A DNA stretch of 63,616 nucleotides, counting the filler. It is 9 parts of 9 records of this genome, joined end to end, with 100 filler letters (N's around TTAATTAATTAA, not from the genome) between each part and the next. Parts side by side here need not be neighbours in the genome. Positions count along the whole stretch, not along the records: positions 34,369 to 44,066 come from SRR31147125_38539; positions 44,167 to 50,968 come from SRR31147125_38582; 7 more parts are not named here. One strand, given 5' to 3'. Shown in pieces: positions 41,111-51,068 of this stretch. The notes below the pieces were generated by a model. It did no database searches and had not been told where the DNA came from. It saw nothing but the letters and a program-made list of their open reading frames with translations. The position numbers and the translations under genes are program-made. Positions within the stretch are counted from its first letter, which is position 1; every line of letters starts with the position of its first letter.

Positions 41111-43192
41111 CTATTTTTCCTTATCCGTTAGTTTGTCGATTATGTACTGTCCGCCTACCTCTGCGCTTCTTCCGAAGTTTGCAATGTAGGTCTCTCTTAT
41201 CTGCGTTATTTTAGAGGCATATTTTTCACCATTTGCAAGCAGCTCCTCAATTGACGGACACAGCTTGTCCATATGAGCCGGGTCTACCTCTATTCCTATC
41301 TCTTTTCTAAGTACCATCTCAAGCGGCTTAGCCTCTATAACGTCGTACTCTGGATTATTTATCTTGGGCGGCGTGTTAATGAATATGACTGGCTTTTTAG
41401 TTACGAATGCCGCTTCATACGCTGTACCCGACCAGTCGCTGATAACTACATCAGAATTGAATATAGAGCTGCTGTCCGAAAAATCAAGCTCGAACGCAAG
41501 GTCTCCTCCTTCGTAACACCTGTATCGTTCAACTATAGCGTTCATCTTTGCGGCATAACGTTTAACATATTCGGGGTGAGGTCTTACAACAACCTGATAC
41601 CCTTTACCAAGAAGCTCGTCAAGAAGCTCGTGTATACAGCTGTCAAGGATATTCTCGTCCTGCCAGGACGGTGCAATTAGTATCTTTTTATTCTCTCTCG
41701 TCGTTTTTTCCATAGCATCATAACGTTCCTGCAGCTCTTCCAGCATGGAATATCCGCACAATACGAGGTCCTTTTCAGGCAGATCATAATACTGTTCCGT
41801 CTGGCGTATCTCATCAAACTGAAACTTCCCAACACAGAATATAGTGTTATAATGGTCAAGCGCACCTTTCCTTAGAACCATAGTCGTGCTGAGGGGATAA
41901 TGGAACATATAAACATACTCCATGCTCTTCTTGACCAGAGATCTTTTCAGATGGAACTGCTGTATGTCCGACATAGTCATTACGAACATATCTGCCTCTA
42001 TCTTCATGAACAACACAATAAGCCTGTTGTCGTCAATATAGTAAGGAATCAGCTGCGGATTATCAAAATCAAAAATCTGATCGTTCGGATCGCTCGTTAC
42101 GTAGTGTATGACTATATCTGAATTCTCCGTGATATATTCAATAACGCCCTTGAAGTACTTATAGAATCCGCTTTTTTCTGAATAAAACACAAGCTTCTTT
42201 ATGTTTTCTTCATCCAGAAACCTCTTGTAGTCTGCTTTAGCTTTTGCCTTTTGCTCCGCTGTCGGTTTGAGTTTCTTCTCAAGCTCCTTGCTGTTTGCCA
42301 ACGCTTCCTTGCTGTTCTCCAGCGCTTCATAATCTATATACTTTTTAGGCGGATACATTGCGTTCACGATAAGTACTATAAAGAGAGTGATAGTATTGCT
42401 GAGTATCCAGTATATGCCCACACCTGCCGGAACTATGAAAGCAAAATATAGAGAGAACAATGTCAGGAAAATAGCTATGCCCCATCGCCCGAACCAGCCT
42501 GCTTCACGCTGGAGTACATTAACTTTGTTCTGCACAGCCGAAAGCAGAAAAGCGCTTCCTCCGGAAAGAAGCGGTATAATAAGCAGACTGTTCCATTGCA
42601 CTAAGCTGGGTGTCTTTGAAAGATTAAAACCAAGAAAATTAAGGTCAAGCGCTTTGATTTTATCAATAGCCTCAGTTATGCCCGGAACGTTAATCTGAGA
42701 AAAGGCATGAGCATACGCAGGGTCGTTTACCATCTCTACAATCTTCATATGAGCGCCGGAACCTAGCTCGGTCGCTCCAAGCAGCTCCATTGCTTTTGCA
42801 GTCAAAGCGTCTATGATATCCGCGTTTATATGCAGCAAATGCTGAAGAGGGTTGTAAACCACTGCAATAAGTCCAAGTATTATAGGAATCTGAATGAGCA
42901 GTGGAATAGTACCTGCAAGCGGTCTGTACTTTTCCTGTTTATATAAAGCAAGCTGCTTCTCGCCTATCAAATCTCTGTTGCCCACACACGATGCAGCAAT
43001 CTCATTAAGCCTGGGTTTGAGCTTCACCATTTTTATAGAGTTCTTCTGCACCCAGATGTTTAGCGGAAACATCAAAGCTTTTGTAAACAGGGTGAACAGC
43101 AAAATAGCAACGCCGTAGTTTTTGACCAGTATATAGCACAGCCACATTATATAGCCGAGAGGTATTCCGATAACTGTATTAATAAAATCCAT
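41111..43192 (-). CDS. YidC/Oxa1 membrane domain fused to a CDP-glycerol glycerophosphotransferase (TagB/TagF)-like domain
   Basis: N-terminus YGVAILLFTLFTKALMFPL, LYKQEKYRPLAG.IPLLIQIPI, FLGFNL, PAGVGIYWILSN. C-terminus YMFH, ILIAPSW, VRPHP, SDVVISDWSG.AYE....KPVIF. Confidence 0.88.
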   Translation of the reverse strand: MDFINTVIGIPLGYIMWLCYILVKNYGVAILLFTLFTKALMFPLNIWVQKNSIKMVKLKPRLNEIAASCVGNRDLIGEKQLALYKQEKYRPLAGTIPLLIQIPIILGLIAVVYNPLQHLLHINADIIDALTAKAMELLGATELGSGAHMKIVEMVNDPAYAHAFSQINVPGITEAIDKIKALDLNFLGFNLSKTPSLVQWNSLLIIPLLSGGSAFLLSAVQNKVNVLQREAGWFGRWGIAIFLTLFSLYFAFIVPAGVGIYWILSNTITLFIVLIVNAMYPPKKYIDYEALENSKEALANSKELEKKLKPTAEQKAKAKADYKRFLDEENIKKLVFYSEKSGFYKYFKGVIEYITENSDIVIHYVTSDPNDQIFDFDNPQLIPYYIDDNRLIVLFMKIEADMFVMTMSDIQQFHLKRSLVKKSMEYVYMFHYPLSTTMVLRKGALDHYNTIFCVGKFQFDEIRQTEQYYDLPEKDLVLCGYSMLEELQERYDAMEKTTRENKKILIAPSWQDENILDSCIHELLDELLGKGYQVVVRPHPEYVKRYAAKMNAIVERYRCYEGGDLAFELDFSDSSSIFNSDVVISDWSGTAYEAAFVTKKPVIFINTPPKINNPEYDVIEAKPLEMVLRKEIGIEVDPAHMDKLCPSIEELLANGEKYASKITQIRETYIANFGRSAEVGGQYIIDKLTDKEK

Positions 43193-43268
43193 TTTTTCAC
43201 CTTAGAGTTTTAGTTCTTTTATCTGTTGTATAAACTGCTATAAGCAGCGTTTTAGCTCGTGCTGTAGA

Positions 43269-44066
43269 TTAATCCTCTGGAGGGCCTGTCATATTAAGGT
43301 CAAAGCCATATTCATTATTTAACACAGTCCTCAGAACGTTTGCTCCGCTAAGACCCGTAATGTCTCCCAGATCGTCCCTGCCTCCGGTATAAACTGCAAA
43401 GAAAGTATCGGTGGACTGCTCATAATTGGTTTCCGGTCCATCCCAAAGATATTTGTTTGCTTTAACGCCATGATCAGAAAGAACGAGGATCACAGCACTA
43501 GGATCATTTTCCACGATACCTTGCATGGTATATGTTATTCGTCCGCAAATATACTCGTACTGCTCTAAGAAATATTTTGAATCTGTCCAGTTCATCCTGT
43601 TTTCTTCATCTACCGGATTCCCATTTATGTCATAGATAAACGGTGCATGAGGGCAGCATATATAAGTGAACGTCATTGCGTTTTCATACTTATAACTCTC
43701 GGGAAGTGTATAGTAGGCAAGTATCTCGTCATACAACTCTTTGCCCGGCGGAATGACACCAATTGCATCAACAAGCGGTCTGAAAATCGTTCTGTCCATG
43801 ATGATATCAAGAGTAGAAGAGCCATCTTCTGTCGTATGGTATTTTTTGCCGGCATGATACTCCATTCGTGGTTCGAAGCCTACAAATCCCGAAACTTCTG
43901 TTTCATACAAGCTGTAACCCATATCTTTCATCAAACCGAAGAACTGCGCATTTCTAAACTGTTCTTCGCAGGCAAAAGCCCCATCCGTTTCATAACTGAA
44001 AACATAATCAAGATTAAATAGACCGGACAGAGTTTCCATCGTAAACTGTCTGTAGTTGGTACAGTC
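43269..44066 (-). CDS. Alkaline phosphatase superfamily (sulfatase-like/LtaS-like) protein, 5' truncated
   Basis: The frame is open to the contig edge; NYRQFTMETLSGLFN, PHAPF and ILVLSDHG motifs. Confidence 0.75.
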   Translation of the reverse strand, partial: DCTNYRQFTMETLSGLFNLDYVFSYETDGAFACEEQFRNAQFFGLMKDMGYSLYETEVSGFVGFEPRMEYHAGKKYHTTEDGSSTLDIIMDRTIFRPLVDAIGVIPPGKELYDEILAYYTLPESYKYENAMTFTYICCPHAPFIYDINGNPVDEENRMNWTDSKYFLEQYEYICGRITYTMQGIVENDPSAVILVLSDHGVKANKYLWDGPETNYEQSTDTFFAVYTGGRDDLGDITGLSGANVLRTVLNNEYGFDLNMTGPPED

Positions 44067-44166
44067 NNNNNNNNNNNNNNNNNNNNNNNNNNNNNNNNNN
44101 NNNNNNNNNNTTAATTAATTAANNNNNNNNNNNNNNNNNNNNNNNNNNNNNNNNNNNNNNNNNNNN
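44067..44166. other. Artificial contig spacer
   Basis: N44-TTAATTAATTAA-N44. Confidence 0.99.
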
Positions 44167-45597
44167 ACCTTTAATTTAGGAATATGGAATCAATTTAATA
44201 ACCCTGATCGTGTTTGGGCTAAGAATTTCCAAGGTATAGATCAGGCAAACCGATTCTTAAAGAATAAAGATAAAGTGACTCTAGAAGAAATTAAAGCTAA
44301 TAGTAATGATGGCGACTCAACTGCATATTACAAAGCATTGGATAATATGATATTGCTTGAGGGTGAAGCTTTGTTCTTAAAAGCATTCTTTTATATGGAG
44401 CTAACAAAAAGATATGGTGGAGTACCTATACTTGAAGAGCCTCTTGATTATTATGATGAATCTACATGGAAGAATGTTCAACGTAGTTCGCTGGATGATT
44501 GCATACAATACATTGTTACACTTTGTGATGAGGCAGCTGAGATTATACCTGACGATGTTCATTCTGTCTATTCCTGGTACGAAGACGGACGGGTAACAGG
44601 TGGTGCTATTAAAACGTTAAAAGCAAAAGCACTTCTTTTTGGAGCTAGTCCTTTATTTAAAAATGCAGGCTCTACAGTTACTTGGGCAGAGGCTGCCGAA
44701 GCTGCAAATGATGTAATTGCCACTGGTCAGTATAGTTTGAACTCAAATTATTCAGAATTATTCGGAGCAGGTAACCCTACCTTAGGTGAAGTAATTTTCA
44801 AACGCCGATATGGTTCAATGAATTCATTGGAGTTTGATCAATTTCCAATTGTTTTTGCTGGAAGTAATGGTGGAAGTATTACACCAACTCAAAATTTTGT
44901 TGATGAATTTGAGGTCGGTGATGGTAATTTTAGTGAAGAATTTGACTGGAATAATCCGGAACATGCCGCAGATCCATATGCCAACCGCGACAACCGGTTT
45001 TATGCAACAGTTGTTTACAACGGTTCAAATTTCTCTTCAACAACCATTGAAACGTTTACAGGAGGTAACAGTGGTTTGCCCAAAGAAAATGCTACAAAAA
45101 CCGGTTACTATCTTAATAAGTGGGTTAACCAGGGAATTGATTTGGTTAATGAGACTGAAGCCAATCATACTTGGCTGTATTTTCGTTATGCAGATGTGTT
45201 GTTAATGTATGCTGAATCTATGCTGAATGCATATGGTGCTGATGCTGATCCTGAAGGCTATGGAATGACTGCTGTTGAAGCATTTAATCTGGTTCGAAGT
45301 AGAGCAAGCATTAGTGAAATACAAGCTTCCGAGTTAACGATGGAACGCGTTGAACATGAGCGTCTTGTTGAGTTGGCTTTTGAAGGTAAGAGATACTGGG
45401 ATGTACGTCGCTGGCAAAAGGGTACAAGCTATTTTAATACACCGGTAAGCAGAATTGAAATTACCCAAAGTGGTGAAAACCTAAGCTATGAAGTAAAAGT
45501 ATTGGAGAATCGGGTTTTTATTGAAAAAATGAACTGGTATCCAATTCCTCAGGATGAAATTTCAAAAACAGGTTGGGATCAAAATCCCTCCTGGTAA
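44167..45597 (+). CDS. SusD/RagB nutrient-binding protein, 5' truncated
   Basis: GEALFLKAFFY.EL.KRYGGVP, RDNRF, FRYADVLLMYAE, ERLVELAFEGKRYWDVRRW, YPIPQ.EI...QNPSW. Confidence 0.93.
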   Translation, partial: TFNLGIWNQFNNPDRVWAKNFQGIDQANRFLKNKDKVTLEEIKANSNDGDSTAYYKALDNMILLEGEALFLKAFFYMELTKRYGGVPILEEPLDYYDESTWKNVQRSSLDDCIQYIVTLCDEAAEIIPDDVHSVYSWYEDGRVTGGAIKTLKAKALLFGASPLFKNAGSTVTWAEAAEAANDVIATGQYSLNSNYSELFGAGNPTLGEVIFKRRYGSMNSLEFDQFPIVFAGSNGGSITPTQNFVDEFEVGDGNFSEEFDWNNPEHAADPYANRDNRFYATVVYNGSNFSSTTIETFTGGNSGLPKENATKTGYYLNKWVNQGIDLVNETEANHTWLYFRYADVLLMYAESMLNAYGADADPEGYGMTAVEAFNLVRSRASISEIQASELTMERVEHERLVELAFEGKRYWDVRRWQKGTSYFNTPVSRIEITQSGENLSYEVKVLENRVFIEKMNWYPIPQDEISKTGWDQNPSW

Positions 45598-45606
45598 ATA
45601 TTATTG

Positions 45607-45633
45607 TATGTCGAAGGAAATTCCTTCGGCATA
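45607..45633 (+). other. Stem-loop after susD (terminator or mRNA stabiliser)
   Basis: TATGTCGAAGGA-aat-TCCTTCGGCATA; no clear U tract. Confidence 0.45.
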
Positions 45634-45707
45634 CTTCTTCTTAAAGTGCCTTCTTTCTTTGTATTTGCCTTGTAGGTGGTTGGTTTTATGTTTAAAAAAA
45701 TCTGAAA

Positions 45708-47648
45708 ATGAAAAGACTAGCGTTAGGGGTGGTTTTGTTAAGTATTCTCATCTTGATTCAATGCTGTTCTGTTAAAGAGAATACAATTAAGATAAAATTT
45801 GATAGCAAAATTGAAGTTTCGGGGCAGAAATTTGCCATTAGTGATATTGCTCCGGACCTACCTGCCAATTGGGATGAATTCAATTATGTAATTTTGGAGT
45901 TTAGAATAACTACAGCACAACGTTTCCAAGTGGGGTTCTCAACAGATTATGGGTACAACGAACTACGCGTAATGAGTTATGTACCCAATGGTTGGAATAA
46001 ATTAGCTATACCTCTTAAATTTTATCGAGAGTTACCTGATGCAAATATCGACTTGGCAGCTACGTATAATCAGCCCAGATATACCGGATGGATTAATCTT
46101 GGAGGTAAGCGGGGTTTGCTCCACGGTGTAGATTCTGTTGGTGTAAGGATGCGTGCTCCCATTGGAAATCCTGAAATTGAGATTCGTTCTATTTCATTAG
46201 CCGTTGAAGATCCCAATGATAAATACCTGGAAACGGAACCTGCAGTTGATGAGTTTGGTCAATGGAATCTGGGTGATTATGAAGGGAAAATCCATTCGAT
46301 AGAACAACTACAAAAAGAGTGGAAATTGGAAGACTTGGAGGAAGTCTCAACAGATGCTTACAATTATTCACAATACGGAGGATATCTACATAAAAAAGTA
46401 AATGCGACTGGTTTTTTTCGAACTCAAAAGATAGATGGAAGATGGTGGTTTGTCGATCCTGAAGGATATCTTTTTCTTTCCGTAGGGGTTGATTGTATAG
46501 GTGCAGGAAGGAGTGGAAATGCAAAAGAGGTAGACAAGCGCAAAAATATGTTTAAAGAATTGCCTCCGGATGAATTTTTCTCAAACTGGGGTAATCGGGG
46601 AAATGATTACCATTTCGGACAATGGAACTTGTATCGTAGATATGGTGAAGATTACAAAGAAAAAGCTAACCAGATGGTAATTAAGCGTATGGATAAATGG
46701 GGAGTAAATACCATTGGTAACTGGTCAGACAACCGCATAATCTCGATGAATAAAAAGGCATTTATGACTGGCCTGCGAATAAATGTCATGGAAAGGAATT
46801 TAATGGGATTGGCAGATGTTTATGCTCCTAATTTCAGAGAAAGGCTTGATGAAGGCATAAATAATTTGGTTTCCCAATATGTCGATAATCCATGGTTGAT
46901 TGGGTATTTTGTTGGAAATGAACCGGCTTGGCTTGATAACGAAGCTCGTTTGTGTGATATGGTTCTGAATGGGGAAGACCGTCCGATAAAGGATAAGTTG
47001 AAAAAGTTTCTGGAAAATGGTGACACTCCCGAGTTGAGAAAAGAATTTATATTCAACACATTTAAAATATTTCTGGCGGCAGTAAAAGAAAGCCAGTTAA
47101 AATACGATCCCAATCACCTTAATCTCGGAATCCGTTTTGGCAACATTAAACACATTGATGATAAATTGCTGAAAATATGTAAAGAGTCATTCGATGTTCT
47201 TAGCTTCAACTGTTATGCACTTATTCCTGAAAAAGAAATGATGGATCGCGCAATGCAGATAACCGGATTACCTATGATTATTGGTGAATACCATTTTGGA
47301 ACGGTTAACAGAGGAATGGCACAAGCGCTTTGGCAGGTTGATTCACAAGAGGAAAGAGGCGTTGCCTATCGCTATTACACAGAGCAAGGCTATTCTCACC
47401 CAGGATTAATAGGAACCGCATATTTTCAATGGAGTGATCAGGATTTTACCGGACGGAGAAATGATGGCGAAAATTATAATTGTGGTATAATCGATGTAAC
47501 AGACAGACCGTACAAATATCAGGTGAATGCTATGATTGAGTCTGCCAAATCGTTATACGAGGTACATGCAGGTTCAGAAGAGCCATATAGCCAGAAGCCA
47601 ATTAGGGCTAGGGGACACGAACAGGTTCCTGATTTATGGAATGAATGA
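45708..47648 (+). CDS. GH50-like glycoside hydrolase, probable lipoprotein
   Basis: ATGFFRT.KIDGRWWFVDPEGY, NTIGNWS, GYFVGNEP, PNHL.LG.RF, IIGEYHFG, FQW.DQ..TGR..DGENYN.G..DVTD.PY. Confidence 0.8.
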   Translation: MKRLALGVVLLSILILIQCCSVKENTIKIKFDSKIEVSGQKFAISDIAPDLPANWDEFNYVILEFRITTAQRFQVGFSTDYGYNELRVMSYVPNGWNKLAIPLKFYRELPDANIDLAATYNQPRYTGWINLGGKRGLLHGVDSVGVRMRAPIGNPEIEIRSISLAVEDPNDKYLETEPAVDEFGQWNLGDYEGKIHSIEQLQKEWKLEDLEEVSTDAYNYSQYGGYLHKKVNATGFFRTQKIDGRWWFVDPEGYLFLSVGVDCIGAGRSGNAKEVDKRKNMFKELPPDEFFSNWGNRGNDYHFGQWNLYRRYGEDYKEKANQMVIKRMDKWGVNTIGNWSDNRIISMNKKAFMTGLRINVMERNLMGLADVYAPNFRERLDEGINNLVSQYVDNPWLIGYFVGNEPAWLDNEARLCDMVLNGEDRPIKDKLKKFLENGDTPELRKEFIFNTFKIFLAAVKESQLKYDPNHLNLGIRFGNIKHIDDKLLKICKESFDVLSFNCYALIPEKEMMDRAMQITGLPMIIGEYHFGTVNRGMAQALWQVDSQEERGVAYRYYTEQGYSHPGLIGTAYFQWSDQDFTGRRNDGENYNCGIIDVTDRPYKYQVNAMIESAKSLYEVHAGSEEPYSQKPIRARGHEQVPDLWNE

Positions 47649-47984
47649 CGATTATTGCTTGTTGATAAGGGGGCAATCTGTTAATAATAAGACTAATATA
47701 TGTCTTAGTCTTGTCGGAAATGAAAAACATTCTCTGTATAGTGTTATATCTATTTGTAGTTGCTGCTTACCAATTCTAATGTAAACCATAACTCTATACA
47801 CAACTGGTTCTTACTCCTAATTAAAGGATTAGAAGCTAAATCTGGTAATACTAGAAGGTGAAATTATCTTAGAAGATTAAAGCTTAATATGAAAGTTGAA
47901 TTCAGAAGTATACATGTGTGTCTAAGAATGTCAACTAATTGAAGAATACAGAATCAATAGAAAAATTAAAAAGTATTATAAACC

Positions 47985-49490
47985 ATGAGAAACAAATTAA
48001 TTCCTAACATTATAATATCAAGCATTTTTATGCTTTTTGCTCTATGTTCGATTGCACAAATATCAGAACCATCTGCAATCGAAGCTTGGGTAACAACTTT
48101 AGATCGCTCAGAACTATTTACTAAACAAGATAAAACAATTGAATTTAATAACAGTCGTAGAGGCAGAGGAGCTATGACAATTACCATCGATGATAACATG
48201 CAGTATCAAACCATCGATGGTTTCGGGTTTTCTTTAACAGGTGGTAGTGCCGAGTTAATGATGGAAATGAGCCAAACTGAGCGTAGAAATCTGATTAATG
48301 AACTTTTCAGAACCGATGAAGAAAATATTGGAGTTAGCTACATTCGGTTAACGATTGGTGCCTCAGATTTGAATAGTTTTGTGTTCTCGTACAACGATCT
48401 TGAAGATGATGAGGTTGACATAAAACTGGAAAAGTTTAACCTGTCGCAAGATCTATACGATGTAATTCCGGTTATGAAGGAGATTTTAGCTGTAAATCCG
48501 GATATTAAAATAATGGCTTCACCATGGTCGGCACCCACGTGGATGAAGACGAACAACAAAGTAAAAGCCGGTAAGTTAAGAGAAGAATATTATCCTGTAT
48601 ATGCGCAGTATTTTGTGAAATATATTGAAGCGATGAAAGAGCAAGGCATAACAATTGATGCCATTACTATTCAAAACGAACCTCTGAATACAAATAATAC
48701 ACCGAGCATGCAAATGTTGCCAAACGATCAGCGAATCTTTATAAAAGATCATTTGGGAGTAGCATTTGAAGAAGCCAACATAAAAACAAAAATTGTTCTT
48801 TTTGATCATAACCTGGATCGGATTGATTATCCTCTTACTACATTAAACGATCCGGAAGCTGCGAAGTATGTTGATGGATCAGGCTTTCATCATTATGGTG
48901 GAAAGATGAGTGCCTTAAGTATTATGCACGCAGCTCATCCCGATAAAAACTTATATTTCACCGAACAAATGGTAATTGAAAAGCCGGGTAGCCCTACCAT
49001 TGAAATTGCAAACCAGGTAGAACGTTTAATTGTTGGCGCTACTCAAAACTGGAGTAAGAATGTAATTCTATGGAACTTTGCTGCCGATCCGTTAAATGAC
49101 CCACATACCGACGATGGCGGATGCCCGATGTGCCAGGGTGCTGTAACATTGGATAACGATAATGTTACACGGAATATCGCTTATTATGTTATAGCTCATG
49201 CTTCAAAATTTGTAAGACCCGGTTCTGTTAGAATTGGATCAACGCAAAATGGCGATATGCTTGTTAGCCTTACAGAAGATGAAGAGCATAGAGGGCAAGG
49301 TGCAATGCGTGTTGGTGTTTCCGAGGCTAATAATGTCTTTTCAAATGTAGCTTTTCGTACTCCTAGTGGAAAGACGGTATTGATTGTTGCTAACAATTCA
49401 CGTTCGAATAATTTCTTTAAAATCAGACATAATGGTCAGTTTGCAAATGTAAGATTACAACCTGGAGCAGTTGGTACTTATGTTTGGTAA
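47985..49490 (+). CDS. GH30 glycoside hydrolase (resembles the beta-1,6-glucanase subfamily)
   Basis: QTIDGFGFSLTGGSA, IGASDL, ASPWSAP.WMK, TIQNEP, FDHN, FHHY.G, YFTE, HASKFVRPGS. Confidence 0.88.
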   Translation: MRNKLIPNIIISSIFMLFALCSIAQISEPSAIEAWVTTLDRSELFTKQDKTIEFNNSRRGRGAMTITIDDNMQYQTIDGFGFSLTGGSAELMMEMSQTERRNLINELFRTDEENIGVSYIRLTIGASDLNSFVFSYNDLEDDEVDIKLEKFNLSQDLYDVIPVMKEILAVNPDIKIMASPWSAPTWMKTNNKVKAGKLREEYYPVYAQYFVKYIEAMKEQGITIDAITIQNEPLNTNNTPSMQMLPNDQRIFIKDHLGVAFEEANIKTKIVLFDHNLDRIDYPLTTLNDPEAAKYVDGSGFHHYGGKMSALSIMHAAHPDKNLYFTEQMVIEKPGSPTIEIANQVERLIVGATQNWSKNVILWNFAADPLNDPHTDDGGCPMCQGAVTLDNDNVTRNIAYYVIAHASKFVRPGSVRIGSTQNGDMLVSLTEDEEHRGQGAMRVGVSEANNVFSNVAFRTPSGKTVLIVANNSRSNNFFKIRHNGQFANVRLQPGAVGTYVW

Positions 49491-49636
49491 TATAGTATAA
49501 TGTGTGAGTTGACGATAAAGATGAATTCTCGTTATTGATATATTAAGTGCTGTTTTTTTATAAGATAAAACCAACTAAAGCTTTGAATAACAGTTCTTCA
49601 TAGAACTTAACTAACCTATAATTAAATAAACTTAAA

Positions 49637-50968
49637 ATGTATAAATCAATTTTTCTTTTGCTAATACTTCTGAATAGTATTCAAATGTGGGCGGAGAGTG
49701 GTTCTTCGTTTTATACACAGAAGCCTGATGATTCCGAAGCTGTTTATTTCACACCAGAAAATTTTAATATCACAAACGATGGTAAAACAGATGTTTCCAG
49801 TCAATTGCAGAAGGCAATCAATCAATTAAAAAGAGATAAAAATTTTGGAATTTTATTTATTCCTGAAGGAACATACACTATTTCTAAAACCATTTATGTT
49901 CCCGCTGCTATCCGACTTATTGGGTATGGGAAAAAGCGCCCTGTAATAGTGTTGAAGAAGAATTCTCCCGGCTTTCAAGAAACAGTTCCGGAGGACAAAG
50001 GCAAAGCCAATTACATGCTCTGGTTTACCAGTAGCCTCGTTGAAGCTGGAGGACCGGTTCGAGATGCCAGCGCAGGAACATTTTACAGTGCCCTGTCCAA
50101 TATCAACCTGAAGATAGAATCAGGAAATCCTGAGGCGGTTGCTTTGCGAACGCATTTTGCTCAACATAGTTTTATTGCACACTGCGATATTTTCATTGGC
50201 GAGGGTAAAGCAGGCTTGTTCGATGTGGGAAACATGATTGAAGATGTTCGGTTTTTTGGTGGCGATTATGGCATTTATACTACCAAAGCATCACCGGGCT
50301 GGCAATTTATGATGCTGGATTCATACTTTGAAGGGCAGCGTAAAACTGCTATAAAAACTCAGGAAGCTGGATTCACAATTGTTCGAATGCGAGTGAAAGA
50401 TTGCCCGGCAGCAATTCAGGTGGATCATAATTATTGGGAAAAACTAATTCTGGATGATTGTATTTTTGAAGATATCTCGGACCCGGCAATTGTCGTAAGT
50501 AACCAGGGAAATGCGAACATGCAGCTTAATATCCGTAACATGGTTTGTAAAAATGTTCCGGTGTTAGTTAATTATCCCAAAGACAATTCGCAAACTGTTG
50601 CTCCTGGAAAAACTTATCAGGTAAATAGTCTCGTGTATGGTTTGCAGATGGATGATCTTGATGCTGTAGCTACCATCAAAACCACTTTCGATGCTAAGGA
50701 GATTAAAGCTTTGCCTGAACCAGTTTCAGATATTCCAACACTTCCTTCAATGGATCAATGGGTAAACCTGAAATCTTATGGAGCAAAAGGTGATGGTATT
50801 ACTGATGATACAAAAGCGATTCAGGAAGCTATCGACAATAACTGCTGTGTTTATGTTCCGCAAGGTTCGTATTTGATTTCCGAAACAATAAACTTAAAAC
50901 CGAATACAGTGCTGATTGGCCTACACCCGATGGCAACCAACTTTGTACTGAAAGAAAATGCAGAAGCT
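49637..50968 (+). CDS. Beta-helix (pectate lyase 3/GH55-like) secreted protein, 3' truncated
   Basis: Signal peptide; two DG.TD....Q.AI...Y.P.G.Y.IS.TI beta-helix starts, including WVNLKSYGAKGDGITDDTKAIQ. Confidence 0.8.
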
Positions 50969-51068
50969 NNNNNNNNNNNNNNNNNNNNNNNNNNNNNNNN
51001 NNNNNNNNNNNNTTAATTAATTAANNNNNNNNNNNNNNNNNNNNNNNNNNNNNNNNNNNNNNNNNNNN
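50969..51068. other. Artificial contig spacer
   Basis: N44-TTAATTAATTAA-N44. Confidence 0.99.
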
